Shown: piece by piece, positions 36,249 through 38,784 of the stretch | Layout: each line of letters begins with the position of its first letter | Position numbering within the stretch: position 1 is the stretch's first letter | NCBI GenBank assembly: GCA_964545825.1 | Contig: CAZJGX010000001.1 | Location: 1-38,784 of the forward strand | DNA from: an uncultured Muribaculaceae bacterium | GTDB lineage: Bacteria; Pseudomonadota; Alphaproteobacteria; Rs-D84 | Length of the DNA: 38,784 bases | Direction of reading: 5' to 3' | Position numbers and translations under genes: made by a program | Notes under the pieces: model-generated | What the model was told of the DNA's origin: nothing | Seen by the model: the letters and a program-made list of their open reading frames with translations, nothing else | The model's database searches: none

Positions 36249-36279
36249 CTTGAAAGCGCGCAATGTGCTTTTTTTATTT

Positions 36280-36356
36280 GGATGTGTAGCTCAGTTGGTT
36301 AGAGCGCTTCGTTCACATCGAAGAGGTCGTTAGTTCGAGTCTAATCACATCCACCA
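36280..36356 (+). tRNA. tRNA-Val(CAC)
   Basis: Acceptor GGATGTG/CACATCC, anticodon stem CTTCG/CGAAG with loop TTCACAT, encoded CCA. Confidence 0.88.
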
Positions 36357-36400
36357 TTTGTTTTTGCTGACGTAAATTTGTTAAAAGCGTTTGCAATAAT

Positions 36401-36430
36401 AAAAAAATCCGTCATTTGGCGGATTTTTTT
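36401..36430 (+). terminator. intrinsic terminator after the tRNA pair
   Basis: TCCGTC-ATTT-GGCGGA plus T7. Confidence 0.8.
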
Positions 36431-36493
36431 ATGGTGCTGAATTAATGCTTTTTTATTAAAAAAAGAAACGATAAATATGTTATAATGTAATGT

Positions 36494-37558
36494 ATGAAAA
36501 AATACTTTATATTTTCTGTTGCTTGTGTGATGGCCGGGGCGTCAAATGCCGCGTCGTTATTGCAGGCTGTCAAATTTCCAAAAACATTTGATGATGTTAA
36601 ATGGTCTGAACGTATGGATGTGTTGGCCGAAGACTATAATAATTATGCAGAATTAAGCCCGTATCAACAATTAAGACTGGTAGAAGCCGAAAATCAGGCG
36701 TATCAAGAAATAGATGCAATAAACGCATCAGAGTGTGCGGCAACGGGAAACGCATGCGATATTGATACACCTATATCTGATGGTAGTACATATACCGTTG
36801 TAATAAATAATAATAGTACACCTATATCTGAAACCGTTGAAAATACGCCTGTGGTGGAATCGTATCCGGTTCAGGAAAATCCCGTTGGTGCATCGTCCGG
36901 TGGGGCGGCACAAACACCAACAGGATATTGTTCTGTTCGGCAACCAGAAATACCACAGGGACAGCAGGTGCCGTTGGGCAGTCCTGTGAATTTTAATGAT
37001 TTGCCGGCCGCGGCATCAGATAGAAGCCGGCGCATCGCCGCAGACAGTAAAAAAGGGAAGTTTTGTTCGCCATATGGTTGTCGCGAGAAATATAACAATC
37101 GTGGAACCTATCGCCCACATCAGGGGATTGATATAGGATGTACTGCGGATTATTTTGGGATGCCGGTTTATACACCTGCCGATGGTGTTGTGACCCAGGT
37201 TAACTATGCCAAAAAAGGAAAGTCGGCTGGAAATTATATTCGTATAAAACATGCGGACGGATGGGAAACACAGTATATGCATTTGGATAAAATTTTTGTT
37301 TCCAAGGGACAATCTGTTAGTGCGGGATGTGCAATTGGGTTATTGGGGCATTCCGGCGGAAATGCGGATTCATCAAATCCATCAATGGGTATAGATATAA
37401 GTCATTTGCATTACGAGGTTATTTATAATGGTTCGGCGTCAAATGTACAAACACCAAACGGCAGTAGTATAAGAGTTGTACGTGGTGGCAATAAGGCATG
37501 TGGTAAATTTAAAGCAAAAATTAAACCGGATGATTTTGTCACATATTATTATAAATAA
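36494..37558 (+). CDS. secreted M23 (LytM) family peptidase
   Basis: Signal peptide ..ACVMAGASNA. HQGIDIGC. YMHLDKIFVSKGQSV..G..IG..GHSGG. HLHYEV. Confidence 0.85.
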   Translation: MKKYFIFSVACVMAGASNAASLLQAVKFPKTFDDVKWSERMDVLAEDYNNYAELSPYQQLRLVEAENQAYQEIDAINASECAATGNACDIDTPISDGSTYTVVINNNSTPISETVENTPVVESYPVQENPVGASSGGAAQTPTGYCSVRQPEIPQGQQVPLGSPVNFNDLPAAASDRSRRIAADSKKGKFCSPYGCREKYNNRGTYRPHQGIDIGCTADYFGMPVYTPADGVVTQVNYAKKGKSAGNYIRIKHADGWETQYMHLDKIFVSKGQSVSAGCAIGLLGHSGGNADSSNPSMGIDISHLHYEVIYNGSASNVQTPNGSSIRVVRGGNKACGKFKAKIKPDDFVTYYYK

Positions 37559-37583
37559 AAATCCGCCATTTGGCGGATTTTTT
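37556..37583. terminator. bidirectional terminator
   Basis: A5-TCCGCC-ATTT-GGCGGA-T6 between convergent genes. Confidence 0.8.
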
Positions 37584-37589
37584 AATAGA

Positions 37590-37907
37590 TTATCTTAATC
37601 CCTTGGCGCGACAGCAGGCTGATGCGGCACTGCGCCAATCTGAATACTGTTTACCCGGATTACGTAAATCTGTCCATGGTTGCCAGCCTGTGCAATTTTT
37701 ATTTGTGCTGGTGCCACTGCATTTGGCATAACGACGCAGTGAACATGTTTGGTTTGAAACCTTGCCTGTGTCAGTTGTGCATTTCACGACAACATTTTGA
37801 TTTTTTGCATCGTTTTTGCCCATTTCCTTGGATGATAAAACCTGGTATGCGTTCGCGGTCGTGATGGTCGCGATGGATATTGTAATTACCATTAACAGTT
37901 TTCTCAT
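37590..37907 (-). CDS. small secreted cysteine-containing protein (105 aa)
   Basis: Signal peptide MRKLLMVITISIATITTANA. 7 Cys in the mature part. No repeated leader upstream. Confidence 0.55.
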   Translation of the reverse strand: MRKLLMVITISIATITTANAYQVLSSKEMGKNDAKNQNVVVKCTTDTGKVSNQTCSLRRYAKCSGTSTNKNCTGWQPWTDLRNPGKQYSDWRSAASACCRAKGLR

Positions 37908-37971
37908 ATGCTCACCTTTTTTTATTATTATAAGTTATGGTGCCTTAAAACACAATGGGTTTTTGGTCGTT

Positions 37972-38784
37972 TTACTTCGTACTCCATGGTACATCGTTCA
38001 TTATCATATAATACAATTGGGCGTCATCTGTATCAGGATTACGCAATATTGGGCGTACAACATATATGTCTACGTTGCAGGAATAATCGTTTTTGCGGTC
38101 TTGGGTGTTTAATAGATTGCGATGAAATTCTTCGGCAAAATCCATTGCCTGTAAATATGCGGCATCGTCGTCTTCTTCGCTGTATGTATCACCCTGCCAC
38201 ATCAACCACATGCCGTAGTTTACTTTGTTTTCTTGGCCTTCGATATCGTCGGCAGATAGCAACAATAATGGTTTGAATTCAATGTCATTGGTGAATTCGC
38301 CGGTGCTGGTTTCTGTCCAGTCATACATTTCACCTGCGACCTTTATTGCGCCGTATAACAGGCCTGATTTCTGTTCCAAACGTGCCAGTTTATTTGCGGA
38401 TTTCATTGACGAGTGGAATAACCAATTACGCAGACGTGTACCTTTTTGGCTGACGCGTGCAAATCCTTTGACCGGCTTTCTGGTATCGGCAACAACTTCC
38501 AATACTTTCAGTTCTTTGGTTAATCTTGATATGCGTTTTGTTGTTTCGGCGGTTTGTTCCGCTTTTTCCAATGCCGTTAATTCTTTTTGTATTTGTTTGA
38601 TATTTTTACTGGCCAGTTTTTCTGCATCACTGACGACATCGGCGGCTTGGTTAATTTTCTTTGTTCCGGTTGCAGATGCGCGCCATGACCGCCAACCGCG
38701 ACGTGCAATATTACCGCGTTGTGCCGGACGTTTTAATGCCAACAGTTTATGACGGTACTTGTTCAAATCAGAATAAGCCTTGGT
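37972..38784 (-). CDS. hypothetical protein (basic coiled-coil N-terminal half, acidic C-terminal half); frame stays open to the window edge, so the 5' end may lie outside
   Basis: Long ORF with no in-frame stop before nt 38784. The only start candidate inside the window is TTG at 38766. Confidence 0.5.
   Translation of the reverse strand, partial: TKAYSDLNKYRHKLLALKRPAQRGNIARRGWRSWRASATGTKKINQAADVVSDAEKLASKNIKQIQKELTALEKAEQTAETTKRISRLTKELKVLEVVADTRKPVKGFARVSQKGTRLRNWLFHSSMKSANKLARLEQKSGLLYGAIKVAGEMYDWTETSTGEFTNDIEFKPLLLLSADDIEGQENKVNYGMWLMWQGDTYSEEDDDAAYLQAMDFAEEFHRNLLNTQDRKNDYSCNVDIYVVRPILRNPDTDDAQLYYMIMNDVPWSTK

Noticed and set aside
36249-36279. Weak hairpin plus T run (AAGCGC-GCAAT-GTGCTT-T7) between tRNA-Leu(TAA) and tRNA-Val.
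   Set aside because: The stem is short, has a G:U pair, and lies inside what is probably a single tRNA transcription unit. It may be a processing or partial-termination site, but the evidence is too weak to annotate.
1-38784. Search for CRISPR arrays, transposases/IS ends, integrases, prophage genes, toxin-antitoxin pairs or known defence-system genes.
   Set aside because: I recognised none. The only dispersed repeats are the ~250-nt leader cassettes, which are kilobases apart and each attached to a gene, so they are not CRISPR-like. The tRNA genes are not flanked by integrase genes or direct repeats that I could see.

Overview
This is a 38.8-kb chromosomal segment of a diderm (Gram-negative) bacterium. 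The genome looks compact and moderately AT-rich: it has lpxA/lpxB, a beta-barrel OMP gene, many 1-20 nt start/stop overlaps, and hairpin+T-run terminators at most operon ends. I call about 44 protein genes and 4 tRNAs. Most are housekeeping: uvrA (3' part), rlmE, rnhA, tkt, hisS, prfA, fabG, aroK, mscL, tlyA, leuS, rpiB, lpxA, lpxB, rfbA-C-D-B, and a bactofilin/M23-peptidase module. I saw no transposase, integrase, CRISPR array or recognisable defence genes. The stand-out feature is a repeated, strand-consistent ~240-270 nt module made of a sigma70-type promoter and a highly structured 5' leader that ends in a terminator/antiterminator switch. It occurs five times, each time directly in front of a gene for a signal-peptide-bearing, cysteine-rich protein (starts at 3994, 18012, 19362c, 21589c, 32487c). 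An orphan copy of its core domain lies at 14986-15052. Compensatory stem changes between copies argue for a functional cis-regulatory RNA, and I cannot assign it to any riboswitch or attenuator class I know. Secondary oddities are: a stand-alone SRP54/Ffh M-domain ORF; two tandem small paralogous ORFs; a 93-nt hairpin insertion with a 20-nt duplication of the rlmE start; a ~650-bp C-depleted non-coding stretch; and an 859-aa Cys-rich secreted protein. All product calls come from motif recognition by eye. No database search was possible.
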